From positions 372,001 through 436,000 of the IMG/VR virus record IMGVR_UViG_3300009545_000018: a stretch of 64,000 bases of DNA; one strand, given 5' to 3'. Below are positions 41,781 through 50,984 of the stretch, one piece after another. Position numbers and translations under genes: made by a program. The notes beneath the pieces were generated by a model, which worked only from the letters and a program-made list of their open reading frames with translations, did not search any database and was not told where the DNA came from. Every line of letters begins with the position of its first letter. The first letter of the stretch is position 1.

Positions 41781-42172
41781 TGTCTAATGAAAATGTTATT
41801 ATGGGTAATCCTTATTTACCATCGGATAACCAAATTGGTCCTGGACCTAATGGTGCTCCTAAAGGTCCACCAGCAGGATTTAAGCCTTTAACAGCCCCTT
41901 CAGCTGAAGTTGCAAGAATAGCCAAATCATTATTAGGAAATGATTTTGGAACGCTTATCCCTTTTAGCATAGAAGGTATTAAGTATATGGCTAGGTTAGA
42001 GCCACACTATCATCCACCAGGATTTAAAGGTGGACCAAATGGATGGCATAAGGGAGTTACTGTTTATCAGATCAATGATTCTATAAAAGAACCAAATAAT
42101 AAAAAAGTTGATCGTCAAAAGCTTTACGATAGAATTGATGCTTTTTTAAATGAATTTGGTGATTTTACGTAA
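41780..42172 (+). CDS. Hypothetical protein
   Basis: Pro/Gly-rich start; EPHYHPPG...GWHKGVTVY. Confidence 0.6.
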   Translation: MSNENVIMGNPYLPSDNQIGPGPNGAPKGPPAGFKPLTAPSAEVARIAKSLLGNDFGTLIPFSIEGIKYMARLEPHYHPPGFKGGPNGWHKGVTVYQINDSIKEPNNKKVDRQKLYDRIDAFLNEFGDFT

Positions 42173-42452
42173 ACACTAGTAGTTTGGCGTATTTTTTAAT
42201 TATCCTTCCCATATCTGATACATTAAAATCAGGAACTTTAATATAGTTATTTGAGCTATCTAACGTAGAAAATATACAAGAATTCGATGAAGTCTTCATT
42301 AAGCAAAATTTTTGGTTTTTAGAATACAAATAAAGAGTATGTTCTTGGGAAGATTTAAATCTCTCAATAACAAAACAATGATGCTTATCCTTACATATAA
42401 ATCCCTCAAAATACTTTATAGTAAGTTCATTATTACAATATGGGCAATTCAT
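42165..42452 (-). CDS. CxxC Zn-finger-like protein with the shared tail
   Basis: MNCPYC start (ATGA overlap), C..KHH; ends IIKKYAKLLVFT. Confidence 0.7.
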   Translation of the reverse strand: MNCPYCNNELTIKYFEGFICKDKHHCFVIERFKSSQEHTLYLYSKNQKFCLMKTSSNSCIFSTLDSSNNYIKVPDFNVSDMGRIIKKYAKLLVFT

Positions 42453-42751
42453 GTAAATGCTAAAAGCTTTAAATATTTTTCCATATTTCTTTTGCATATT
42501 AAAAACGAATCACTAACCTCAAATTTTTCTAATTTCATTTCCAAGATGGGTAGATTTTTCTCCCATATAGTAAAATAATTATAACGCCCACTAGTTTCTA
42601 CAGAAAATTCTAAATTTTTACAAAATAAACTTAATACATAATCATTTTTTTTAGCATATAGAAAATTATGATTGCTATTTTTACATTCAAGACATTCTAT
42701 GTTGCTATACATCACTGGTTTCATTTCCGATCCACATACCACACAAATCAC
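42449..42751 (-). CDS. CxxC Zn-finger-like protein with the shared tail
   Basis: MICVVC...C..C..SNH; ends MEKYLKLLAFT. Confidence 0.7.
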   Translation of the reverse strand: MICVVCGSEMKPVMYSNIECLECKNSNHNFLYAKKNDYVLSLFCKNLEFSVETSGRYNYFTIWEKNLPILEMKLEKFEVSDSFLICKRNMEKYLKLLAFT

Positions 42752-42753
42752 TA

Positions 42754-42978
42754 TTAATTGCCTTTTATTCTATAAACAATACGACCCATAGTCATATCAT
42801 ACTCAGAAACCTCAATTTTAACAGAGTCTCCTACTAAAATTCTAACTGAATTTTGTCTTATTTTACCAGATAAGGTACAAAGCACAATATTATTATCTCC
42901 AACATCTACTTTGAATCTGCCTTTATTTGAATCAACAACAACACCTTCAAGCTCAAGACGTTCTCTTTCAATATTCAT
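42754..42978 (-). CDS. infA: Translation initiation factor IF-1
   Basis: LEGVVV...FKV...LCTLSGKIRQNSVRILVGDSVKIEVSEYD...GRIVYR. Confidence 0.93.
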   Translation of the reverse strand: MNIERERLELEGVVVDSNKGRFKVDVGDNNIVLCTLSGKIRQNSVRILVGDSVKIEVSEYDMTMGRIVYRIKGN

Positions 42979-43598
42979 ATTACTTCCTTATATGTTTGTT
43001 TTTTAATAATTCTTCTAATAACTTCCGTCCGTTTAATCTTAAATTTCATAGCCAATTCTTTATAAGATAATCCTAGATTAAAGTCAATTCTTATTTGTCT
43101 TATTTCATCATTTGATAATAGCGCCCGTGGATTATCCTCTCCTTGATGTGATAATTTTGCGATATTAGACATTTTAATTTTCGCTTCATCTGAGTGATTT
43201 TTTCCAAACATTACATTTCCGCTGCCTGATCTCTGTTCTGACATTTTTATTTTTGCTTCAGGTGTATGTGTTTTTCCATACATTGGATTTTTATTTCCAC
43301 TTAATGCTCCTCTACCACCAAAATCTTCATTATATCCTTCAATTTTCGAACGGAAAAATTCTATCCAAAACATTTCAGCTTCAATCATATCATTTTCTTC
43401 AGAAAATGACTCTATTACCATAAATTTGAAATTTTCAATACCATACTTATTTATAGCGGCATGAATACTACTATAATTTTTAGATTTTGTATTTTTAACA
43501 ATTGACCTATGATCACTCCATCGTCTGGCGGAGTCATTAGTTCTTCCTACATATAATTTATAATTAATTAAATTTTGAATGATATATACATAAAACAT
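42975..43598 (-). mobile_element. Free-standing GIY-YIG homing endonuclease with NUMOD3 repeats
   Basis: VYIIQNLINYKLYVGRT, RRWSDH, GYN, NPMYGKTHTPEAKIKMS x2. Confidence 0.88.
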
Positions 43599-44255
43599 TT
43601 ATTTAAAAACACTTGATAAATTAGGATAATCCTTTTTTATCAGATCAATACAAGTTTGGTTTGGTGGTAGTAATGTTAGCCATTGGCTGGCTCGAAGACA
43701 AGGGAATGGTATATTTTTTAAATTGTCTAAACTTAAAAAATATTTAATGTCTGTTTTTGCTGCTATAAACTTTAAATTATTAATACCTAAATGAAGAGTA
43801 GAAATTTGATTCCATTCTCCGTCAAAAAAATAAGTTCTAAAATAATTATCTATTCCTAATAAACAAATATAATTTCTCTCTTCCAAAGTATCATCATCAA
43901 ATCCGGCACACAAATAGGCTAATTTACTTATCTTTATCATATTTGATAAAGATAAACCATAGTATAAGTCTGTACAATTAATCTTATCTCTATCCAAAGA
44001 TAGATCATTATAAATGATTTTGATTTTTTTATTCTTTGTAATAATGAATGAATTACCAAATTCATCTATCCAATGTCTTTTTAAAACTATTTTTGGATTC
44101 CGGTCTTTTAGATAATCAATAGGTACTAATCTACAAGATTTAATAATAAATGACAAACCTTTACATTCTGTATAAGATTCAGCGAGTAGTATTTGTTTTT
44201 GTATATTATGGTGAATTGATTCCAGACTTAAGCTTTTCATTAAATTTATCTTCAT
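43599..44255 (-). CDS. Hypothetical protein
   Basis: 218-aa ORF. Confidence 0.6.
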   Translation of the reverse strand: MKINLMKSLSLESIHHNIQKQILLAESYTECKGLSFIIKSCRLVPIDYLKDRNPKIVLKRHWIDEFGNSFIITKNKKIKIIYNDLSLDRDKINCTDLYYGLSLSNMIKISKLAYLCAGFDDDTLEERNYICLLGIDNYFRTYFFDGEWNQISTLHLGINNLKFIAAKTDIKYFLSLDNLKNIPFPCLRASQWLTLLPPNQTCIDLIKKDYPNLSSVFK

Positions 44256-44589
44256 TTACTAAATAGTAAACTAGGAATGCTAAAAAGTGTGCCCAACCAA
44301 AAGATAATAAAATTGAAAACACTACCCTTCTAGTTATGGTAAAATATGGAGATGAAGATAAACCAGCTGTTATAAACCATACCACTATAGCAACTAATAA
44401 TCCTATTATAAAAAATCCAAAAGGATTTATAAAAGTTGCCTTCATTATAATAAATAATATTATTGCGCCCAGCAAAAAATATGGTAAATTATGAATTGAT
44501 AATTTATTACCAATTACTTGGTTTCCTTGAATGATAGTGTTTACTAAAATTAATGAACTTATGACGTGTAATAATAGAAGATAGTGCAT
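44206..44589 (-). CDS. Multi-TM membrane protein
   Basis: 3-4 hydrophobic segments. Confidence 0.55.
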   Translation of the reverse strand: MHYLLLLHVISSLILVNTIIQGNQVIGNKLSIHNLPYFLLGAIILFIIMKATFINPFGFFIIGLLVAIVVWFITAGLSSSPYFTITRRVVFSILLSFGWAHFLAFLVYYLVNEDKFNEKLKSGINSP

Positions 44590-44590
44590 G

Positions 44591-45229
44591 TTACTCTAAT
44601 AAAGAAAGATCTAAACCTTCTTCATCAGTTGAAGAGTCTAAGTTAATTGTATGAATTGCTGTTTTAATAAATGGTAAGTAATCTACCTTTTTATTTTCAA
44701 CTAAATCTTTGTGTAATAGATATGTATTCCTACTGTCCACTTTTGCGTTATGGGCGTCCGAAAACTTTTTTATCCCCGCAATTTCACAACTTGCATGTAA
44801 ATTTACTTTGGGTTTAACTAAACCAATTTTTTTAGCATATTCTCTAGTCAAAGACATAGTGTCTAACCAAAGATCTGCTGGAAATCTTTTTCCCATTTGT
44901 TCCCATAAAGCATGAAGGAATTTTCTGTCGAATGGCGCATTATGAGCTATAATAATGCGATGCGCCGAAGTCAAGCCATCTTCATTAAAAAATTTTTCAC
45001 ATTCTTCTACTACTTCTCCTTTTGTATGTCCCTTTTCTAAATCAGCTAATGTTTTCTTCGTTATGGCTAAAGCATCAAAATTGGCTCGTTCAGGATATTC
45101 TGCTTTAATCTGTCTCCATAATTGTACACGATCAGTACATCTAATAATACCAATTTCAGTCATTTCGTGATAACCAGATTTTAGCCCTGTTGTTTCCGTA
45201 TCGATCACATAATATTGTAAATTACTCAT
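44591..45229 (-). CDS. DEDDh 3'-5' exonuclease (second paralogue)
   Basis: IDTETTGL, AHNAPFD, HNAKVD. Confidence 0.88.
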   Translation of the reverse strand: MSNLQYYVIDTETTGLKSGYHEMTEIGIIRCTDRVQLWRQIKAEYPERANFDALAITKKTLADLEKGHTKGEVVEECEKFFNEDGLTSAHRIIIAHNAPFDRKFLHALWEQMGKRFPADLWLDTMSLTREYAKKIGLVKPKVNLHASCEIAGIKKFSDAHNAKVDSRNTYLLHKDLVENKKVDYLPFIKTAIHTINLDSSTDEEGLDLSLLE

Positions 45230-45251
45230 ATTTAATTCCTTATTACTTTTT

Positions 45252-45539
45252 CTATTTTATTCTTCTAATGGTGGAAAAACTTAAATTACCTTCACTATAA
45301 ATAAATGTGATAGTATCTTTATATTTAGATAAATGTGAGGAAATATAATTTTTAACTTCTTCTAAACTTTCTTTATCTGCTAAAGAAACAAAATCTGTAG
45401 GTAACACATCAGTAATTATAGTCCATTTGCAAGTATACCAGCAATATGTCTCCCAATTTATTTCATTTTTATTATTCCAATATTCTTTAGGAATGAGAGA
45501 TCCGTTTCTTACACCAATAAATGTGGTCATATTTACCAA
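45252..45539 (-). CDS. Hypothetical protein
   Basis: 95-aa ORF. Confidence 0.55.
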   Translation of the reverse strand: MVNMTTFIGVRNGSLIPKEYWNNKNEINWETYCWYTCKWTIITDVLPTDFVSLADKESLEEVKNYISSHLSKYKDTITFIYSEGNLSFSTIRRIK

Positions 45540-45796
45540 AATACTTTATTTTTACAAGCTCTTTTCATCTCTTCTTCCGAAAAAAATCTTTGTCCATAAG
45601 CCCAAAATTGCACTTCATTAATTTTATCTAAACAAATAACTAATTCATATCCTGCATAAATGACATTGTCAAGCCTGCAGATTTGATATCCATCCTCATA
45701 TATATCTAATATATAAGCTTTCCAGTGTGGATAATAAGAGGAATGATCGGGATAAAAATAAGTACCTATTTTAATTAAATTAATTATTTCATTCAT
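45533..45796 (-). CDS. Hypothetical protein with the shared tail
   Basis: ends FSEEEMKRACKNKVFW. Confidence 0.65.
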   Translation of the reverse strand: MNEIINLIKIGTYFYPDHSSYYPHWKAYILDIYEDGYQICRLDNVIYAGYELVICLDKINEVQFWAYGQRFFSEEEMKRACKNKVFW

Positions 45797-46182
45797 AAAA
45801 ATGCTTTTAATTTAAATTTCTTATATTCAATTGAATTTAATAGTTCTTCATTAGATTCAACGAGCACCCTATTTCCATCAATATACCATAATTTATTATA
45901 TGGTTCTATTGTAAATTCCACTGCCGGACCATTCTCATTATGCAGCTTTGTGTCTCTATACCACTCAACGTAATGTGCATATTTTACACAATAATTTCTA
46001 ATTATTTTTTCTTTATAGGGAGGATGATATCTCATCTGACGGCTCCCACAACCTAAACAAATATAATGAAAATTATCATATAGGCAAATACATTTATATT
46101 GTATTTTACAACTATGACATTCAATTATCTTAGGAAAATAATATTCAATTAAATAGGCTTCTTTATTTAAATCTACACTCAT
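45793..46182 (-). CDS. Zn-finger plus HRxDGPA-type protein with the shared tail
   Basis: CHSC...CLGC, LHNENGPAVEF, LWYIDG; ends YKKFKLKAFL. Confidence 0.7.
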   Translation of the reverse strand: MSVDLNKEAYLIEYYFPKIIECHSCKIQYKCICLYDNFHYICLGCGSRQMRYHPPYKEKIIRNYCVKYAHYVEWYRDTKLHNENGPAVEFTIEPYNKLWYIDGNRVLVESNEELLNSIEYKKFKLKAFL

Positions 46183-46658
46183 TTTTTCATAAAAATATTT
46201 GTTATCATAAAAAGCGGAATAATGCCCTTTTGTTTATATTCCTCTTGTAGTAGAGGGTCTAGATATTGTAAGCCACTAATAACTTTTCTACAATTAAATG
46301 AACCACAATTGCATTGCATGGTCCAACTATCTAACGTATCAGTAGAACTAGTGGAATAATCAAATGTGATTTCTGTATTTGGCTCAATAACATATGTTGA
46401 ATATAAAAAGGCTCGTTTGCCTACTATATGTAGATAGCAATTGGGGTTACAATTATGTCTAACAGCATCTCCAATATTTCCTGAAGGAGATAAATAATAA
46501 TTTGGACCTATTTGTAATACTTCTGGTTGAGGTATTTTTTTATTATCATGTAAGTCGCCACCAAACTCTAAAACAATTGAATTTGCAGGAATTTTAATAT
46601 TAGTAAAAACTCCAACACCAGTTTTGGTAAGAACTAAAGATAAATTTTGATTATACAT
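46179..46658 (-). CDS. SET-domain protein with post-SET motif
   Basis: GVGVFT, RHNCNPN, EITFDY, CNCGSFNCR. Confidence 0.9.
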   Translation of the reverse strand: MYNQNLSLVLTKTGVGVFTNIKIPANSIVLEFGGDLHDNKKIPQPEVLQIGPNYYLSPSGNIGDAVRHNCNPNCYLHIVGKRAFLYSTYVIEPNTEITFDYSTSSTDTLDSWTMQCNCGSFNCRKVISGLQYLDPLLQEEYKQKGIIPLFMITNIFMKK

Positions 46659-46898
46659 TTAAAATAGTTTCCTAATGAATTTAATTAAATTACTACCTGC
46701 TGAGTAAACAGCTAATTTTAATTCTTTTTTTCCAGCTAATTTGTGTTTAACTCCTACTGGGGAGTGATGTTTATATAATTCAGCTGCTTGCTCTGGTGTT
46801 TCTGCTAAAACTCTATAAGTAACAGTGGCTGGTAGCATACATTCAACTTTTACATCAAAATAGAACTTTTGGGGAGGTTGTAATTTATCTTGTTTCAT
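46659..46898 (-). CDS. Hypothetical protein
   Basis: 79-aa ORF. Confidence 0.6.
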   Translation of the reverse strand: MKQDKLQPPQKFYFDVKVECMLPATVTYRVLAETPEQAAELYKHHSPVGVKHKLAGKKELKLAVYSAGSNLIKFIRKLF

Positions 46899-48460
46899 CT
46901 ATTATTTATATCATTATACTCATACTTTAAATAATGATTATAATAAGTCTCGGGTGTACCCGTTAATTCGTAAAATCTCTTCATAAATAGATCTTTTGCT
47001 TGTTGAGGAGGCAATGGATCTATTATAAATGGGTAGGCTTCTTTTTTTATTTCCCAATCTGAACGAAGAGTTTTAAATAAATCTCTAGCTTCAGTGTATA
47101 ACATTTTTGTATCGGCAAATTTAACGCTTTGTGGTTCATTTTGTGATAAACCAAATTTCTTATAAATAGTTTCTTGTAAAGAGTTTTCATATTCTTTAAA
47201 TATATTAAACTTACCAGATCTTTTTAATGGGCTCGGTAAATCTATTAAATATGCTTCAGAAGCATCATGCAACAAACCGTGTAATGCATGTGCACTATCA
47301 CATAAATGACTGACTAAAACAGAATGTTGAGCTACAGAGTTATGTGCACCGTAACCTTCAGCAAAATATGTTTTAGAGCTTGTTTCTAAAGCTACTACTT
47401 CTTGAACACCAAGATCTTCTATTTTTAGAATCTCGGACATATTAATGCTATCAAATTCTTTACGCCAATCACCATTTTTTAAACTATTTTTAAAGTTATT
47501 TATTAATCTTTTACTTTTAATTTTTCCAAGAGATTGTAATTTAGTAAACCATTTACCAGTTAAAGTAATATTTTTACAATTTTTATTTGTTTTATATTGT
47601 GAATTGGGCACTTTATTATTATCTAATAATTTTTTTATTTTGTTTAAAATTTCTCCCTCATTTTGAGCAATTGAAATAACAAAACCTTTCTTTTTTGCTG
47701 AAATAGTTGCTTCACCATCAAATATTCCTTCTAAATAAGCTAACTCATAATTTAGGGGATCTTCTTTCCACACATCAATAAATTTAAGCATAAATCTTTG
47801 TTTGCCTGACTTTACTGCTTTTACAATTCCTTCGGTTGTTTCCCAAAATTGATTTCTAGATTTTTTAGAACAAATAAGCCAAGGATGTTCAGCAGATGAT
47901 TTTAAAATAGTTCCATCTGATAAATGAAGGGCAAATACATGTCTTTTTATTATGCCTGTATGTAGAACATATGAGTTATCTAATTTTCTACGACTCTCCC
48001 TATTATTTTTTTTTAAACCATCAACTCCAGTATTTTCATCAAATCCAATTAATTGTTCAAAATTTTTAAGTTCGCCCGCCGGCTTCCAAGTTAAATCTGC
48101 CGTTAAAACTTTTGTATCTGGAGTAACACAATAAAATTTTTTAATATGACCAGAAAATCGACATGTCATGGCAAGAGCATGAGCTATATCTTGAATTACA
48201 ATTGTATCAGGATTTGGATTCAAAGGTGTAAATCTTAAACCCGTATAAGTTTGAATCCAAGGCTCAGATGGATCATAGTTGAAAGGATCTTGTTCTTTAT
48301 TTTTTAAATCTGTATTATCATTATAAAACTGTTTAATTACATCTAATTCTTCTGGTTGAACCAACGGAGAATTTAAATCTTGTGATGCTGTTGATTCCCA
48401 TTTTATTTTAACTTCGTCAAATTGGGATGGATTATTAATTATATCTTGTTTATCTTTCAT
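46895..48460 (-). CDS. HD-domain phosphohydrolase (YfbR-like) interrupted by an intein
   Basis: DIAHALA..CRFSGH..FY|intein|SVAQHS...LLHDASEAY..D; start MKDKQ 1 nt after the dut stop. Confidence 0.85.
   Translation of the reverse strand: MKDKQDIINNPSQFDEVKIKWESTASQDLNSPLVQPEELDVIKQFYNDNTDLKNKEQDPFNYDPSEPWIQTYTGLRFTPLNPNPDTIVIQDIAHALAMTCRFSGHIKKFYCVTPDTKVLTADLTWKPAGELKNFEQLIGFDENTGVDGLKKNNRESRRKLDNSYVLHTGIIKRHVFALHLSDGTILKSSAEHPWLICSKKSRNQFWETTEGIVKAVKSGKQRFMLKFIDVWKEDPLNYELAYLEGIFDGEATISAKKKGFVISIAQNEGEILNKIKKLLDNNKVPNSQYKTNKNCKNITLTGKWFTKLQSLGKIKSKRLINNFKNSLKNGDWRKEFDSINMSEILKIEDLGVQEVVALETSSKTYFAEGYGAHNSVAQHSVLVSHLCDSAHALHGLLHDASEAYLIDLPSPLKRSGKFNIFKEYENSLQETIYKKFGLSQNEPQSVKFADTKMLYTEARDLFKTLRSDWEIKKEAYPFIIDPLPPQQAKDLFMKRFYELTGTPETYYNHYLKYEYNDINNR
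47339..48130 (-). mobile_element. Intein (264 aa) with LAGLIDADG-type endonuclease motif
   Basis: Starts CVTPDTKVLTAD, block B SAEHPW, LAYLEGIFDGEA, ends TYFAEGYGAHN, +1 Ser. Confidence 0.9.
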
Positions 48461-48461
48461 T

Positions 48462-48974
48462 TTACTTTCCTGTACTACCAAATCCACTAGCTCCACGACT
48501 AGCATTCCTATTTTTACACAAGACATCATATTCTTCATTTGATATTTCTTCAACAATCATTTCTTTTCTTTTGACAGGAATAATTTGCCCCAAGGCATCC
48601 CCAAAATTAATTTCTAACTTTTTACTATTACTAAATGAAGTTTCATTATTAGTACAAATAATAGCTTCAGGTATATATTGGCAAGCTAATAATAATTCTC
48701 CTTCATAGGTTTCATCGATTGTACCATATAAACAGTGCAATCGTTTTTTACCAAATGTTGAAGATCTTGGCTTTAATTCAAACCACCAACCCTCTGGGCA
48801 AAAAGTTCTAAAACCTAATGGAATAATAGCTTTCTCAAAAGGAGAAAGCGATAAACTTGTGGCTGCTCTTACATCCCATCCTGTGGCATGTGGCTCTGCT
48901 TTTGTTGGTAAAAACTCTTTATTATTTTTTAGATCTTCTCTTAATGCAAACTTAAAATTTGGAATTTCTGACAT
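48462..48974 (-). CDS. dut: Trimeric dUTPase
   Basis: ATGWDV, PRSS, GTIDETYEGE, LGQII, RGASGFGSTG. Confidence 0.92.
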   Translation of the reverse strand: MSEIPNFKFALREDLKNNKEFLPTKAEPHATGWDVRAATSLSLSPFEKAIIPLGFRTFCPEGWWFELKPRSSTFGKKRLHCLYGTIDETYEGELLLACQYIPEAIICTNNETSFSNSKKLEINFGDALGQIIPVKRKEMIVEEISNEEYDVLCKNRNASRGASGFGSTGK

Positions 48975-49034
48975 TAATACTTTCCTGTTAATTTGATTCG
49001 ATCGTCTATATCCTATGAAATTTTTAATTAATTA

Positions 49035-49310
49035 TTACCAAAATGCTTTTAATTCCAAAGGTTTAAACATATTTTGTACAATTATTTGAAAATCATTCAA
49101 AGAATTAACATCTATTAAATATCCTTTATAATAGAATTTAATTTCATCATCTAATTCAATTGCAGGACCATTTATTCTATGTTTTTTGCCTTTTACCCAA
49201 TATTCTTTTCCACCATCTTTATATTCTACTGCTGGACCATCTAAACGATGTAATAAGTCATTCTCATAATAATAATCTCCATATTCATCTGTAACTATTC
49301 CATTTTTCAT
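49035..49310 (-). CDS. HRxDGPA-repeat protein with the shared tail
   Basis: HRLDGPAVE, HRINGPAIE; ends KPLELKAFW. Confidence 0.72.
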   Translation of the reverse strand: MKNGIVTDEYGDYYYENDLLHRLDGPAVEYKDGGKEYWVKGKKHRINGPAIELDDEIKFYYKGYLIDVNSLNDFQIIVQNMFKPLELKAFW

Positions 49311-49338
49311 AATTATCCTAATATTTACACATTAATTT

Positions 49339-49872
49339 ATGCAATTGCCACCTGCCATCATATTTATAAATTCTGATTTAAATGACACCTCTAAGGCGAC
49401 ATTACGCTCACAACTTTATATTAATCAAATAATTACTGGAAAACAATTTGATGATGTAGTAGCAATTGATCCTACTTTTCCAGATCAAATTCATTTAAAT
49501 GGTGCCAGGGTTCTAGTCATCCGAGATGAATTCTACCCTTATCCTAACTATAACCTTGCTGACGTGGTTGTATTTTTAAAACAAAGGCTAGCTACTGTTG
49601 AAAAAAATAATTTAGGTCCTCCCAAATTAACTTTATCATTAGATAGATTAAATATTTATGCTCTTTTACGTGGAGCTAATTCTCAATATGTTACTATTTT
49701 GCCACAATTACCTTGCGGTCCAAGATTAAATTGTGGATGTTTTTGCCATCAACATTGTAATGGATTTAGAGGAATTATTGGTATTGAATGGTATGCTAAT
49801 GATACTACTGGCGTACATTGTAAAAATCCTGACAATATTTTTAATAATCAAGCCTTTATAAATAGAAAATAA
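49339..49872 (+). CDS. Hypothetical protein with Cys/His-rich C-terminus
   Basis: CGPRLNCGCFCHQHC. Confidence 0.6.
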   Translation: MQLPPAIIFINSDLNDTSKATLRSQLYINQIITGKQFDDVVAIDPTFPDQIHLNGARVLVIRDEFYPYPNYNLADVVVFLKQRLATVEKNNLGPPKLTLSLDRLNIYALLRGANSQYVTILPQLPCGPRLNCGCFCHQHCNGFRGIIGIEWYANDTTGVHCKNPDNIFNNQAFINRK

Positions 49873-49928
49873 AATTTATTTATGGCATAATAAAGTATGT
49901 TTTATAAGTTTCATCATAAAGGTGTTTT

Positions 49929-50771
49929 ATGTCAAAGTTTGATGCATTGTTTAGTAAAGTAGACGTTTATGAAAAATTGTCTATCTATGGAGATAGATTA
50001 GACTTTTTACAATCTTTATCTCAAGATTATCAATCTGTTTCAGATAAGGATTTAACTGCTAATATCAATTCTGTTAAAAATGCAGTACAAAATTGGATTA
50101 ATAATGATGCTGAAAAACAAGAAGATCTTCCGGGTGGTCAAATTCGTGGATTACCTCCAGGGCTACGAAGTCCTTATCAAGTAATTAGATCTATTAATAC
50201 TTTTGATGCAGATACTTTACCACAAGTATATCAAGCTTTGCTTCAATTATCAACTGTAAATAATTTAGGTAATATGGGAGGTGATGCTAAATCTGCTTGG
50301 TTACAATCAGTATTCCCAGTACTTGGAACAGCTATGAAAGTTGTAAAACAACAAATAGATTATATAAAAGCTTGGTCAAATAAATTTCCAGTAGATGATG
50401 CACCAACAGAAAATGCAAATTATCATACTAACTCAGAGCCTACTCCAGTAGCTAATACAAAACATATGGTAAAATCAAAAAATGAAGAAGCAAAGTCATT
50501 ATCTAAAATATTGAATAATAAAATAGAAAAATTACCAAATAGTCCAAATAGAGCTGCTGAACTAAAAAATATTAATGAATATGTAAAATCATTGCAAAAT
50601 CATTTTAAAGCATTACAACACAACAATGATTTACAAAGTTATTTCGCCAGAATGGAAATTGCAAAATCATTACAAAATGCCTACAATACACTCGATTATA
50701 ATGATCTAGACTTAGTAAGTGCTCTTAATTCTGGACGTGGAGTTCCAGAAAATCCTGACTCAAAAATATAA
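49929..50771 (+). CDS. Hypothetical helical protein
   Basis: 280-aa ORF with AAGGTG RBS. Confidence 0.65.
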   Translation: MSKFDALFSKVDVYEKLSIYGDRLDFLQSLSQDYQSVSDKDLTANINSVKNAVQNWINNDAEKQEDLPGGQIRGLPPGLRSPYQVIRSINTFDADTLPQVYQALLQLSTVNNLGNMGGDAKSAWLQSVFPVLGTAMKVVKQQIDYIKAWSNKFPVDDAPTENANYHTNSEPTPVANTKHMVKSKNEEAKSLSKILNNKIEKLPNSPNRAAELKNINEYVKSLQNHFKALQHNNDLQSYFARMEIAKSLQNAYNTLDYNDLDLVSALNSGRGVPENPDSKI

Positions 50772-50843
50772 AAACATAGAGAATTAGGTTAGTCTCACTA
50801 TCATATTAGGTTTGATGATAGTTGTTTAATAAATACTTATCTT

Positions 50844-50878
50844 AAAGGCGTTATTTAATCATAGCGCCTTTTTCTTTT
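50844..50878 (+). terminator. Intrinsic terminator
   Basis: AAAGGCGTTAT-ttaatc-ATAGCGCCTTT followed by a T-run. Confidence 0.75.
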
Positions 50879-50984
50879 AATTAAACGAACTTTTTCTCGA
50901 CATGTGTTGAGGGGATCTATAGGGGAGTAGACATTGATACTGATCATAATAATTTATAAATTATTAATAACCTAGTATCTATTT

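Noticed and set aside
48460-48556. ORF-track N-terminal extension of the HD gene
   Set aside because: Overlaps the dut 3' end; the ATG at 48460, 1 nt after the dut stop, is the more plausible start
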